Source: Patescibacteria group bacterium (GTDB lineage Bacteria; Patescibacteriota; Patescibacteriia; UBA1558; GWA2-36-10). From it: a DNA stretch of 64,000 nucleotides. Shown piece by piece: positions 17,509-26,198 of this stretch. The stretch spans positions 33,214-97,213 of the forward strand of contig JAQUKX010000003.1 in the NCBI GenBank assembly GCA_028718865.1. The letters run 5' to 3'. The notes under the pieces were generated by a model. The model was not told where the DNA came from. It saw nothing but the letters and a program-made list of their open reading frames with translations, and did no database searches. The translations under genes were made by a program, and so were the position numbers. Numbering within the stretch: the stretch's first letter is position 1; each line of letters opens with the position of its first letter.

Positions 17509-18564
17509 TTATTCGCTAGCTAGGCTTACCTGCAGAGAGTTGCTTATCACAGTCGGTATTTGATGGATTTCGATTATATTTTTATCTTCAAAGATAACTT
17601 CAAAAATAATTCCCTCCATAGTTTCTTTGGAAAATGTCTGGTCAAAGATGAAGTTCCCCAGACTATAGACAATAAAAGCATCTTGATATTTTTCTATATC
17701 TTGAACCACATGGGGATGGTGGCCGATTATTAGATCGGCGCCACTATCTACTGTCAGACGAGCCAGCTCTCTTTGATAGTTATTAGCCTGTTTTTGGTAT
17801 TCTTCACCAAAATGATAGGAAACAATTAAAATGTCAACTATATTTTTAGCCTTGCTTACATCCTCTATTATTTTTTCTCGGTTAAAATCAGTCAATCCCA
17901 CCTGCTCAAGTGTTGCCCGGCTAAAATTATTGACAAAAGGCGTGTAAGCCAACCAACCAAACTTGATATTATTTTTTTCTATGATTTTTACTTCCTGGGC
18001 TTGAGCGCTGTTATGGTCTGCTCCTACAGATTGAATATTATTTTCTTCCAAAATATTTAGAGTATCTTCTAGCGCTATTTTTCCCCAGTCCAGAGCATGG
18101 TTATTAGCCAAAGACAAGACATCAAAGCCAGCTAATTTTAAACCTTCTATAACTCGTGGATTAGCCCGAAAACTGTAGGGGCTGCCTCTGTCTGCTCCTC
18201 GGGCAGAAATAGGCCCCTCTAGATTGCCAAATAAAATATCGGCCTGTTGACTGAAATCAGCTATTTTCAAAAAAGGCCAGCTCCAATCATTTTGTTTTTC
18301 CATTTGGCTGCCAACAGCACGCGACAGCATAATATCACCGACAAACATCAGTCGAGTTATTTGGCCGCCTTCAGGCAGGCCAGCGCCAGGGAAATAGACA
18401 GGGGTTTCTTTTTGTTTCTTTGTATTTTTTACTATCGAAGTTTCGCCGGCCTTGGCTACTTGGTCAGTCTGGTAGCTATTTATATAACCAAAAGCAGCTA
18501 TACCTAGGCTAGTCATAGCTAAACCCATTAAAATAAACGGTAGTATTAGTCGGCGCTTTTTCAT
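17509..18564 (-). CDS. CapA-family metallophosphoesterase (poly-gamma-glutamate synthesis-like).
   Basis: 351 aa; signal/TM, GDIMLSR...NLEGPIS...GHHPH metallophosphatase motifs. Confidence 0.6.
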   Translation of the reverse strand: MKKRRLILPFILMGLAMTSLGIAAFGYINSYQTDQVAKAGETSIVKNTKKQKETPVYFPGAGLPEGGQITRLMFVGDIMLSRAVGSQMEKQNDWSWPFLKIADFSQQADILFGNLEGPISARGADRGSPYSFRANPRVIEGLKLAGFDVLSLANNHALDWGKIALEDTLNILEENNIQSVGADHNSAQAQEVKIIEKNNIKFGWLAYTPFVNNFSRATLEQVGLTDFNREKIIEDVSKAKNIVDILIVSYHFGEEYQKQANNYQRELARLTVDSGADLIIGHHPHVVQDIEKYQDAFIVYSLGNFIFDQTFSKETMEGIIFEVIFEDKNIIEIHQIPTVISNSLQVSLASE

Positions 18565-18618
18565 TTATTTTTCTTCACGGAATTTTTCTATAGAGAGCAA
18601 ATTTATAAGGGTTTATTT

Positions 18619-19125
18619 TTACGGCACATATATTGGCGCTGTTGTCACTTTGAAGGTATTATCAATTTTTTTTACTTCAAAGTTAAATTTATTTTGAGAA
18701 GGCATTTCTTCTTCAGTTGCTCCACAACATGGTCCCAGCACAAAAGTGCTACCATCAGCTTTTTGAAATTGGACAAGCAGATTGTAGGTGCCATTATTTT
18801 CTTTTTTTATGTCAATTACTTTTGCCCTAAGGCAGGTGCCAGTTGCCTCACAATACCTTTTGAGTATTTTGGCCTTGTCATTTCTATCTTCTGGCAAGCT
18901 GAAGATTTCAAGGTTTTCCCAGGAGCTTGTTGAGCCGTCTAATTCAAACAATGTTAGCGCTTTATCAAAGTCTTGATCGTTAAGATATGTAAAAAAAGAA
19001 ATCAAGGTTTGTTCTGCTTTTACTGCTTCATTTATAATTTTAGGTTTATTTTCAAAACTTATTTTGTATATTCCAAAACTAGCCAATAGTATTATTGCTA
19101 GGAGGAAAATTTTTTTGGTCGTCAT
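18619..19125 (-). CDS. Hypothetical secreted protein.
   Basis: 168 aa with an N-terminal signal peptide; no motif recognised. Confidence 0.45.
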   Translation of the reverse strand: MTTKKIFLLAIILLASFGIYKISFENKPKIINEAVKAEQTLISFFTYLNDQDFDKALTLFELDGSTSSWENLEIFSLPEDRNDKAKILKRYCEATGTCLRAKVIDIKKENNGTYNLLVQFQKADGSTFVLGPCCGATEEEMPSQNKFNFEVKKIDNTFKVTTAPIYVP

Positions 19126-19201
19126 AGTTTTATGATGAGTTATCTTTATTTATTTTGTGAACCTCGCATCCGCTGTTAGCGAACGCATTTTTTCTATTTT
19201 T

Positions 19202-19600
19202 TTAGATATTTGAAATTTCTTTTCCCGTTCCCGTTTTAGACTTTTTTTTCAAAAAATATTTTTGAATCAAGTAACCCAAAAACGCAAAAAATAATCCAGA
19301 GACAAGAAAGGTAATGATAACAACTCCGGCCACATCCTCATTTGGATTCAGATAGCGCAAAGTTGCTATTACGCCACCAGCAACTATCTCGCCGAAAATA
19401 AATCCGCTAATTAATCCTGTTTTGGCCTGCTTTTCTGTAAGTTCATACGCAAAGCCTGCGCCAAACAAGACGATGCCGAAAAAAGCAAAAGCAGTCCAAG
19501 GCCAATCCCACCCATCAACAAGCATATTTCCAAAGAATGGAATCAGTAAAATGGCTATAGTTAAGAGCAATGGCCTAATAATAATTTTTGTATTTTGCAT
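19202..19600 (-). CDS. Hypothetical small membrane protein (cassette ORF).
   Basis: 132 aa with 3-4 TM helices. Its ATG lies inside the L-type site (GTGTTATG on the minus strand). Confidence 0.5.
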   Translation of the reverse strand: MQNTKIIIRPLLLTIAILLIPFFGNMLVDGWDWPWTAFAFFGIVLFGAGFAYELTEKQAKTGLISGFIFGEIVAGGVIATLRYLNPNEDVAGVVIITFLVSGLFFAFLGYLIQKYFLKKKSKTGTGKEISNI

Positions 19601-19640
19601 AACACACTGGGATATCTGAAGTTGCCGAATTTACTTTTTT
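19598..19640. repeat. Degenerate L-type cassette site.
   Basis: CATAACACACTGGGATATCTGAAGTTGCCGAAT; compare the L consensus CATACAACAGACAAGCGTATCTGAAGTCCCGAA. A degenerate R-type site lies at 19155-19190 (GAACCTCGCATCCGCTGTTAGCGAACG). Confidence 0.5.
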
Positions 19641-20569
19641 CTTTCTCGGTTGTGAATATATTTGTCCAAAGCTTCTTTTGAGCTTAGCCAATTACGGCCA
19701 TCCTTTTGAGCTTCTAGTTTACCCTGTCTAGTTAGTAGATTAAGATATTTGGCTGAGTATGGTGTGCCTTTAGCTAAGACGGCCAGGGACACTAATTTTT
19801 CTTTAGTGTTTTGAGGGGCTAAAGTTTTAAGATAAATATCAAAAGATCTTTCTACTGTTTGAGCGATGAAATTTACAAGCGGAGCATAATCACCCTTGTC
19901 GGCTTTGGCTAAAACATTGTAGTATTTTTTTCGATCATTTTTAAGAATGATAGCTAGAGGATAGCCAGCTTTCATTAATATCAAATTCATAGCCAGTCTA
20001 GCAGTGCGGCCATTGCCGTCAAAAAATGGATGAATATGCACTAGTTTATGGTGAAACAAGGCGGCTAGCTCAATAGTAGGTATATTTTTAAAATTGTTTT
20101 TTAACCAAGCTAGTAGTTGTTCCATTAATTTCGGTACCTCATAGGCATCAGGCGGATTATGCGCAGCGCCAGCTATATAGACATTAGCACTTCGGTATTT
20201 GCCAGCTTGATCTTTTTCAGTTTCTTGCACAATGATTTGATGCAAAGAGCGGATCAATCTTTCAGAGACGGTATTTTGTTTATCGCTATCAATCAAATCA
20301 TATAGATACTCCAGAGCCGCATAATGGTTTTTGGCTTCTAGATGATCTTTGAGCGGCTTGCCTTTGACAGTAATGCCCTCATTGATCACTAAAAAAGTTT
20401 CTTTTAAAGTCAAGCTATTACCCTCGATAGCGTTAGAATTATAGGTCATCTCCAGTCTAAATCTTTCTTGCAGTTTTTTGACCCCGGCTTTAGGCAAGGG
20501 CCGTAATTTATTTAGTTCTTTTTTTTTTGCTTCTAGTCTAGAAGCAATTTGTTTATTTAAGTAATTCAT
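19631..20569 (-). CDS. Fic/Doc-family protein (cassette ORF).
   Basis: 312 aa with the canonical Fic motif HPFFDGNGRTARL. Confidence 0.8.
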   Translation of the reverse strand: MNYLNKQIASRLEAKKKELNKLRPLPKAGVKKLQERFRLEMTYNSNAIEGNSLTLKETFLVINEGITVKGKPLKDHLEAKNHYAALEYLYDLIDSDKQNTVSERLIRSLHQIIVQETEKDQAGKYRSANVYIAGAAHNPPDAYEVPKLMEQLLAWLKNNFKNIPTIELAALFHHKLVHIHPFFDGNGRTARLAMNLILMKAGYPLAIILKNDRKKYYNVLAKADKGDYAPLVNFIAQTVERSFDIYLKTLAPQNTKEKLVSLAVLAKGTPYSAKYLNLLTRQGKLEAQKDGRNWLSSKEALDKYIHNRERKK

Positions 20570-20799
20570 ATAAATAATTTAATATGGTATATCTAACTTT
20601 TTATATTATACCATATTAAGAAAAAAAGTAAATTCGGCAATTTCAAGTGAAGCCAAGAAAAGAAATAGAGCTTTATAGTCTATTTCTTCTGGTGATGGTT
20701 GATGTTCAAAATGCTCGTTCATAATATTTTATTTAGTCCGCCTCTGGCGGGAACCGCATACGTGATGTTGGGCGATGTATTGCGCAGTTATTAATTTAT

Positions 20800-21080
20800 A
20801 ATAAATGCTCTTAGGGGATGAGGGAAGCGTGGGCTTCCCTCTGAGGAAGTATAGTACTGACCATGAGTTGGTCAGTTATTTCTCCTGCGGAAAAGTCGAT
20901 GGAGAAAATTGTGCCTTTTTCTCGGTGGCATGCAAGGAATGGGCGGACCGAGGTAGCCGAGCATACGCTGGTCAGCTCTCCGTGAGTACTCCTGTGCGAG
21001 ACGGAGGTAATTACGAGAAACCGCACCCTGTTTTTTCATAAGAAAACCTTTCCTGTTGGAGGTGAACGAACGTGGTCATC
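20800..21080. ncRNA. GC-rich (~55%) structured element with 12-bp terminal inverted repeats; candidate ncRNA of unknown class.
   Basis: CTTAGGGGATGA...TCATCCCCTAAG termini. Internal hairpins include GGGAAGC/GCTTCCC, CTGACCA/TGGTCAG, GAGAAAA/TTTTCTC and CTCCGT...ACGGAG. The two overlapping track ORFs here (20805..21041 plus, 20811..21026 minus) are mutually exclusive and are most likely artefacts of GC richness. Confidence 0.3.
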
Positions 21081-21340
21081 CCCTAAGAGTATTTAATTTT
21101 AAAAGTATCAACAAATAAGTTTAATCTCTATAAATATCATTGTCAATATAGAGCAATATTTTGCCTAACTGTCTTCAGTATGCGAAGTTGCCTCGCATAT
21201 TTCAGTGATATAATTTTACCATCACTGAAATAAAGAGGCAATTTGCACGAAACCCTAGCTTTTTAGGCTAGGGTGTAGTCGCATACTGGGTGTTGTGCGT
21301 TTTTTAATAAATATTTTTTAATTATATATTTTGATAGGTT

Positions 21341-22045
21341 TTAGTTGTTTTTTAATACACAAGCATTGTTTGATCTATAGTATCCAGAGTTACATGTCCA
21401 ACCATTGCCTAAATAATTTAAGCTAGCATTTGTTGGAGGCTGAACTTTTATACAACTATTGTTTGATCTATAAAAACCATAATCACATGTCCAACCGTTA
21501 CCTAGGTAATTTAATTTTGCATTTGCAGGAACATCGACAGCTACACAAGCATTGTTTGATCTATAGTATCCAGAGTTACATGTCCAACCATTGCCTAAAT
21601 AATTTAAGCTAGCATTTGTTGGAACAATGATAGTTTTTTTAGCGCTAAGATTTTGGTTTGTGGTATTTAAGTTTATACTTGAGCCGGAGTTTTTATTTTC
21701 ATATAATGATTTTCCTACGTAGTAGTCTGGGTCCGTTGTCCAAGTTGGCGTGTCCCAAGTTGATCCTTTTGTTCCGTAAGTTTTATTATATAAACCTTGG
21801 GATGATGTCCAGCTATAATTGTCATATTTTAATCCATTTGGATTACTACGAACATGTGGTTGGACATATGTGCCATTGCTTCTGTAGTAGCCTTTTACTG
21901 AAACATATGCGTCAGCATTGTTTATAAAAGTAGTTGAGCCAATAATTACTACTAAGGTAAAAATAGCTATAAATTTTTTGAATAAATTTTTCATAGTTTT
22001 GATAATAATATTTAGTATATTACCATAAAATTGTATTATTGTCAA
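21341..22045 (-). CDS. Secreted repeat protein with three ~31-aa Cys-containing tandem repeats (cassette ORF).
   Basis: Signal peptide; repeats P[TA]NA[SK]LNYLGNGWTC[ND][SY]G[YF]YRSNN[AS]C[VI]. The underlying 93-bp DNA repeats at 21350-21620 are nearly identical. Confidence 0.6.
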   Translation of the reverse strand: MTIIQFYGNILNIIIKTMKNLFKKFIAIFTLVVIIGSTTFINNADAYVSVKGYYRSNGTYVQPHVRSNPNGLKYDNYSWTSSQGLYNKTYGTKGSTWDTPTWTTDPDYYVGKSLYENKNSGSSINLNTTNQNLSAKKTIIVPTNASLNYLGNGWTCNSGYYRSNNACVAVDVPANAKLNYLGNGWTCDYGFYRSNNSCIKVQPPTNASLNYLGNGWTCNSGYYRSNNACVLKNN

Positions 22046-22244
22046 GGTTATTTTTTTGTCTACAAAAACCTATCAAATTCTTTATTATAAGAAAAATATT
22101 TATTAAATTGCGTACAACAGGCCAGGATATGAGAAGTCCCGAAACCTACTAATATGATACAATAAATCACCCTAAAGGGCGATGCATTATATTAGCAGTT
22201 GAGGGATTTTGATAAAAAAGTTGTAAATTTTAAGCTATTTTTAA

Positions 22245-22295
22245 TATTGACAAGTTTATTTAAATATGATATAATGATACATTAAATTCCGGCCA
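22245..22295 (+). promoter_or_regulatory. Consensus sigma70-like promoter for the GC-rich ORF 22328-22618.
   Basis: TTGACAAGTTTATTTAAATATGATATAATG (TTGACA-N17-TATAAT), followed by the SD AACAGGAGGGTAATACTGTG. Confidence 0.55.
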
Positions 22296-22327
22296 ACCTT
22301 AGTGTTAGTTAACAGGAGGGTAATACT

Positions 22328-22618
22328 GTGAAGAAAGTCGTTCTTATCATCATCGCGATCTTCGCGCTCCTGCTCGTTTCCGGTTGCGCCGGGACCAATT
22401 CGGTTCAGAACACGCCTGGTAGCAATGGCGTGGCTGGGTTCTGGTCTGGCCTCTGGCACGGCATGATCGCGCCGATCAGCTGGTTAATCTCCCTCTTCAA
22501 CTCCAACGTGAACATCTACGAGGTTCACAACAACGGTGGCTGGTACGACTTTGGTTTCGTGCTTGGCGCCGGGATTCTGGCCAGAGGGAGCCGATCCTCA
22601 CGTAGGCGCGAGCACTGA
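22328..22618 (+). CDS. Small GC-rich (~60%) lipoprotein; a self-contained expression unit inverted relative to neighbouring cassettes.
   Basis: MKKVVLIIIAIFALLLVSGCAG lipobox, GTG start with a strong SD, and a terminator hairpin ACTAGTTGTCCCTAACAACTAGTTTTCTTTT at 22630-22665. Confidence 0.6.
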   Translation: MKKVVLIIIAIFALLLVSGCAGTNSVQNTPGSNGVAGFWSGLWHGMIAPISWLISLFNSNVNIYEVHNNGGWYDFGFVLGAGILARGSRSSRRREH

Positions 22619-22734
22619 ACAAGATCATGGGTTTACTAGTTGTCCCTAACAACTAGTTTTCTTTTACATAAAAAATTTACAACTTTTTTATCTCATATCC
22701 GGTGTTGGGCGATGTTTATGAATTGACAAATTTA

Positions 22735-23148
22735 TTACAGGTTAGTTTCTAAAATTAAATCATAATCTTTGAAACTGTTTTTTCTATAGAAGTTGATGCC
22801 TTTAATATTTTGAGCAGATGCAACTACGCGTAACCTGCTAATGTTTTTCGACTTACTCCAATTAATAAATGATTGGCAAAGTTTTGAACCTATACCGATA
22901 CCTCTGTATCTTTCCAATACAAACGTACTTTCAAGTTCAGCATAATTTAGTATAGACCTATAAGCATCTTTACTATTGACGAGACTGCCCGTTAGATAGC
23001 CTACAATCTCATTATCTATATAAACCACAAAAGCGCAACTATCATTTTTACTAATACATTTTTTAAAATATTCAGTACCATGCTTACTAAATGTCCATTT
23101 ACAATCAATGGTATCATCAAATTCCGCATACTCCTTTTTAAGTAGCAT
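22735..23148 (-). CDS. GNAT-family N-acetyltransferase (cassette ORF).
   Basis: 137 aa; acetyl-CoA-binding motif RYRGIGIGSKL. Confidence 0.75.
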   Translation of the reverse strand: MLLKKEYAEFDDTIDCKWTFSKHGTEYFKKCISKNDSCAFVVYIDNEIVGYLTGSLVNSKDAYRSILNYAELESTFVLERYRGIGIGSKLCQSFINWSKSKNISRLRVVASAQNIKGINFYRKNSFKDYDLILETNL

Positions 23149-23214
23149 TAGGTTTAATTCTTGAATTTTTTTAAATCTTTATTTGTAGCGTCTTTGATTT
23201 CAAATTTCATATAT

Positions 23215-23400
23215 TTATTTGTCAATTTATAAATTTCGCATAACATCGCGATTATCTGAAGTTTCAGCGAAGCTGAAATTTGGGGATTTTTCGCAGGAAA
23301 ATCCCAGATAATCGCTGTTATCTGTCCTGAGCCGAAGGCGAAAGTCTGCAAGACGTGGCGAGGATTTGCGAAGCAAACCGCAGAGTTAATTTGGAATTTG
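23215..23400. repeat. L-type cassette site (long variant).
   Basis: GCATAACATCGCGATTATCTGAAGTTTCAGCGAAGCTGAAATTTGGGGATT...; compare 27905-28005. The track ORF 23154..23351 overlaps it and is judged spurious. Confidence 0.5.
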
Positions 23401-23428
23401 TGGATGGTGGGAAGGTTATTTGGGCACC

Positions 23429-24328
23429 TTATATTAAGGCGATAATCTCTGGAAGATAAAGCAACACAACACCAAAGACAATTAACAAAATTGGAGCAAT
23501 ATTTTTATTAAAATTGTTTTCTACACTTATCTTTATCCCAATTTTGTGAGCAATGGACTCCAAGATTAATACTGCAAATGGTTGTGTTGCTGCTATTGAA
23601 GAAACAATTGTTGCAGGTAATCCTGCCATTGCGAAATAGGTTGTAAATATCCCCAAAAAAGTTAAACTTTCATTGAGCAATGCCCATTTAATATTTTTTA
23701 GCTCTTTGGGAAACCCCAATCTTATCTTTTTATTGAATAAACCGGGCAGTATAATTAAGCCAACACAAATACTGCTTATAGCTATGCCATTTAATTCTGG
23801 CAAGTTATTTGTTGCAATTTTAATAAAGAACTCGTAAAGAGCAACAACAATGATAAGCGAAATAATCATCCACAAAGAAACTTTTAATCTAATTTGTTTC
23901 GCTTTGACAGAAAGAAAAATTACTCCTAATAATATCATACTCATTCCAAAATAGCTTATCAAGGATAATTTTTCGTTAAGGAATAGGAAAGATAAGATTG
24001 CAACAATAATTGGATAAACATAAACAAAACCTATTACATTTGAAACATCTTCTTTTCCTAGCATATAATAATATAGAAAAAATTGGGAGCCAAAAATTAA
24101 ACCTGCGATTGCGGGGAAAAGCAAATCATTTATAGCTATGTTTGTCCAATTAAGAAAAAGAGCTAAAATAATTCCAATTGCTAAATTTACAATTCCTGCA
24201 ACAATTGTAAAACTGAGGGTATTTTTAACTCTATGAGAAACTACAAATTTATCAAGCACATTCATAAATCCCCAAATAAATGGAGAGATTATCGCAAAAA
24301 TTAATGGTAAAAATATGGGTGTTGTCAT
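23429..24328 (-). CDS. EamA/DMT-superfamily transporter (cassette ORF).
   Basis: 299 aa with ~10 predicted TM helices in two repeats. Confidence 0.55.
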   Translation of the reverse strand: MTTPIFLPLIFAIISPFIWGFMNVLDKFVVSHRVKNTLSFTIVAGIVNLAIGIILALFLNWTNIAINDLLFPAIAGLIFGSQFFLYYYMLGKEDVSNVIGFVYVYPIIVAILSFLFLNEKLSLISYFGMSMILLGVIFLSVKAKQIRLKVSLWMIISLIIVVALYEFFIKIATNNLPELNGIAISSICVGLIILPGLFNKKIRLGFPKELKNIKWALLNESLTFLGIFTTYFAMAGLPATIVSSIAATQPFAVLILESIAHKIGIKISVENNFNKNIAPILLIVFGVVLLYLPEIIALI

Positions 24329-24617
24329 TTTCCTCTTTTACAATTAATTGATTTCTTATTTATTAAGCTATCGTAAGGTGCCCACAAATTAGGAGATGGT
24401 GGTCAGGGGTTACAAATTCCAAATTAATTACAGATAACACACCAGGATATCTGAAGTTGCCGAATAAATATCCGTGATAGAATAATTATAACATCACGGA
24501 TATTTAGAGGCAATTTGTAGTGGAACTCAAGAAAAAATAGAGCATAGTATAAAAATGGCCAAAATCAGATAAAAGTATATAAATTTTACCTAATATTAGC
24601 CAATATTTGCCATTTAT

Positions 24618-24716
24618 GCTTGACAGATTGTGGTATATATGGTATCATTATATATTACTTTGGGAATAAGCCTGAAGTAAGTACCTGAACAAAGTTTCAA
24701 TGAAAGGAAGCTGGTC
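24618..24716 (+). promoter_or_regulatory. Promoter and SD of the DGR target gene.
   Basis: GCTTGACAGATTGTGGTATATATGGTATCATTATAT (TTGACA ... TATCAT/TATAT) and the SD GAAAGGAAGCTGGTC-ATG. Confidence 0.5.
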
Positions 24717-25400
24717 ATGAGCAAGACGCAAGTGGTCGGCACGATGTCCGAATGGTCGGGCATTATCCGCGACATGTTCCGTCAGTTCGACGACGGCTCG
24801 TTGACCCTGGCTCACGCCAAGGCCTTCACCGAGCATCGGAACCCTTTCGCCATTTCGGACATCCAGTCCGAGTGGCAGGAGTTCTACCGCAAGTACTTCC
24901 GCATCAGCGTGGACTTCTCGGATGTCTCGATTCCTGCCGATCCCGGTGGCTTTGACCGCGTCATCTTCATCCCCAAGGGGTTGAAGCTCAACGATGTGCT
25001 CAGGGCCATCCGCAAGCAGTTCCCGGCTTGGAGCTACGAGGAGGATCTGGACAAGGACGTCATCGAGAACATCCGCAAGTCGGATCGCAACTACGCGATT
25101 CTGATTCGCGAGCGGGTGGAGGCCGATGAAGAGCTCAAGAACATCTCGGCCAACCAGCTGAAACAGCAGGGCGTCAACGCCATCACCCTGCTGGAGCGTC
25201 TGGTACTCGAGCTGAAGTACTGGTCCGAGACCGGCCAGCATCTCGATGTCAGCAACATCACCCTGTGCGCCGGTTCGCGCAGCCGCTTTGGTAGCGTGCC
25301 GAACGTCGACTGGAGCGCTGACTGCGGCAAGCTCCACATCTACTGGTTCAGCACTGGCCGTGCCAATGGCCGTCTGCGCGCTCGTCAGTCAGTTTCCTAA
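24717..25400 (+). CDS. DGR variable (target) protein with a C-terminal variable region; GC-rich (~60%).
   Basis: 227 aa. The last ~35 codons (…GSVPNVDWSADCGKLHIYWFSTGRANGRLRARQSVS) are encoded by the VR, which matches the TR at 25687-25802 except at TR adenines. The antisense track ORFs 24648..25337, 24752..24955, 25091..25339 and 25246..25434 are artefacts. Confidence 0.85.
   Translation: MSKTQVVGTMSEWSGIIRDMFRQFDDGSLTLAHAKAFTEHRNPFAISDIQSEWQEFYRKYFRISVDFSDVSIPADPGGFDRVIFIPKGLKLNDVLRAIRKQFPAWSYEEDLDKDVIENIRKSDRNYAILIRERVEADEELKNISANQLKQQGVNAITLLERLVLELKYWSETGQHLDVSNITLCAGSRSRFGSVPNVDWSADCGKLHIYWFSTGRANGRLRARQSVS
25271..25388 (+). other. DGR variable region VR1.
   Basis: 118 nt aligned to the TR with 16 substitutions, all at TR adenine positions (A>G ×10, A>T ×5, A>C ×1). 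A GC hairpin TCACCTCTTTCCCTTGAGGTGA lies just downstream of the IMH-like 3' end CTGCGCGCTCGTCAG. Confidence 0.85.
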
Positions 25401-25686
25401 CACTTCCAACTTTCACCTCTTTCCCTTGAGGTGAGATAGGAGTGTGCAATCACGCCCCGTGTGTGTCAATTCGTTTGACGCCCGGGGCTTTCTTTTTATA
25501 TAATAATCTCGGCTAATACAATCGGTCTTGATTTTTCAGGATAGCGATTTGCCATTTCTTTGGAAACTGCTTGTTAAGTTCTGGCTGGATTAAGTCCACA
25601 CATATTACAAACTCTTTGAAGTTTGACGATTAGTAATATTTATTTAATATCACTCGTCGGCCAAGATGGAATTTAGCAAAAATTGG

Positions 25687-25802
25687 GTTCGCGCAACCGC
25701 AATGGTAACGTGCCGAACGTCAACTGGAACGCTGACAACGGCAAGCTCCACATCAACTGGTACAACACTGACAATGCCAATGACCATCTGCGCGCTCGTC
25801 AG
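25687..25802 (+). other. DGR template region (TR).
   Basis: GGTTCGCGCAACCGCAATGGTAACGTGCCGAACGTCAACTGGAACGCTGACAACGGCAAGCTCCACATCAACTGGTACAACACTGACAATGCCAATGACCATCTGCGCGCTCGTCAG. It is rich in AAC codons, non-coding in context, and located just upstream of avd/RT. The track ORF 25666..26085 over it is spurious. Confidence 0.85.
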
Positions 25803-25838
25803 AAGTTTTCGACAAAAAAGTCCCGTTTTTACTCGGGA

Positions 25839-26198
25839 CTATTTGTTTAAATATTTTATCCACCCGCTCGCCATTTTCGAAATTTGCATCATTTTTTCAG
25901 CTAGGAGTAGGTATTTTTTGTCAGCGATTATTTTTAATTCCCACATTAGTCTAGTCAATCTTTTTGCTACTTCAATTTGTATCTTCAGTTTGGCAACCAC
26001 CACAGATTTTTTATCTCTAGCGGTCAAAGCCGCCAGTGTTCCTAATTCCAAACAATCAATGATAATATTTTCAATTTTTTGGTAAAGCCCAAAGCGTTCC
26101 ATTTTGGCAATTTGTTTTCGTCTGGTGTATAATTCCCGATATAAAGTAGTAAGCTCATGAATTATCGGCAAGCTAACATCGTTGGGGGGGGTAAACAT
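25839..26198 (-). CDS. avd: Avd-like accessory protein (four-helix-bundle family), tentative.
   Basis: 119 aa, basic/helical (…LYRELYTRRKQIAKMERFGLYQKIENIIIDCLELG…). Size and position between the TR and RT fit Avd. It is on the opposite strand and overlaps the RT start by ~40 nt. Confidence 0.45.
   Translation of the reverse strand: MFTPPNDVSLPIIHELTTLYRELYTRRKQIAKMERFGLYQKIENIIIDCLELGTLAALTARDKKSVVVAKLKIQIEVAKRLTRLMWELKIIADKKYLLLAEKMMQISKMASGWIKYLNK

Noticed and set aside
20800-21080. tmRNA or retron msr/msd interpretation of the GC-rich element with GGGGATGA/TCATCCCC termini
   Set aside because: No tRNA-like T-arm (GGTTCGA) or tag-peptide frame is present for tmRNA. The only RT in the window is DGR-type and 5 kb away with its own TR, and the element shares no sequence with the VR/TR. 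It is left as an unknown structured element.
23154-23351. 65-aa ORF on the minus strand
   Set aside because: It lies entirely within an L-type array repeat (23215-23400). Its translation is repeat-derived and not conserved with other cassette ORFs.
24648-25434. Antisense and alternative-frame ORFs 24648..25337(-), 24752..24955(+), 25091..25339(-), 25246..25434(+) over the DGR target
   Set aside because: Same GC artefact. The 227-aa plus-strand frame is supported by its paralogue, RBS and the VR.
25666-26085. 139-aa plus-strand ORF spanning the TR
   Set aside because: It covers the non-coding template repeat and runs antisense through the Avd-like gene. Its N-terminal peptide is simply an alternative reading of the TR.
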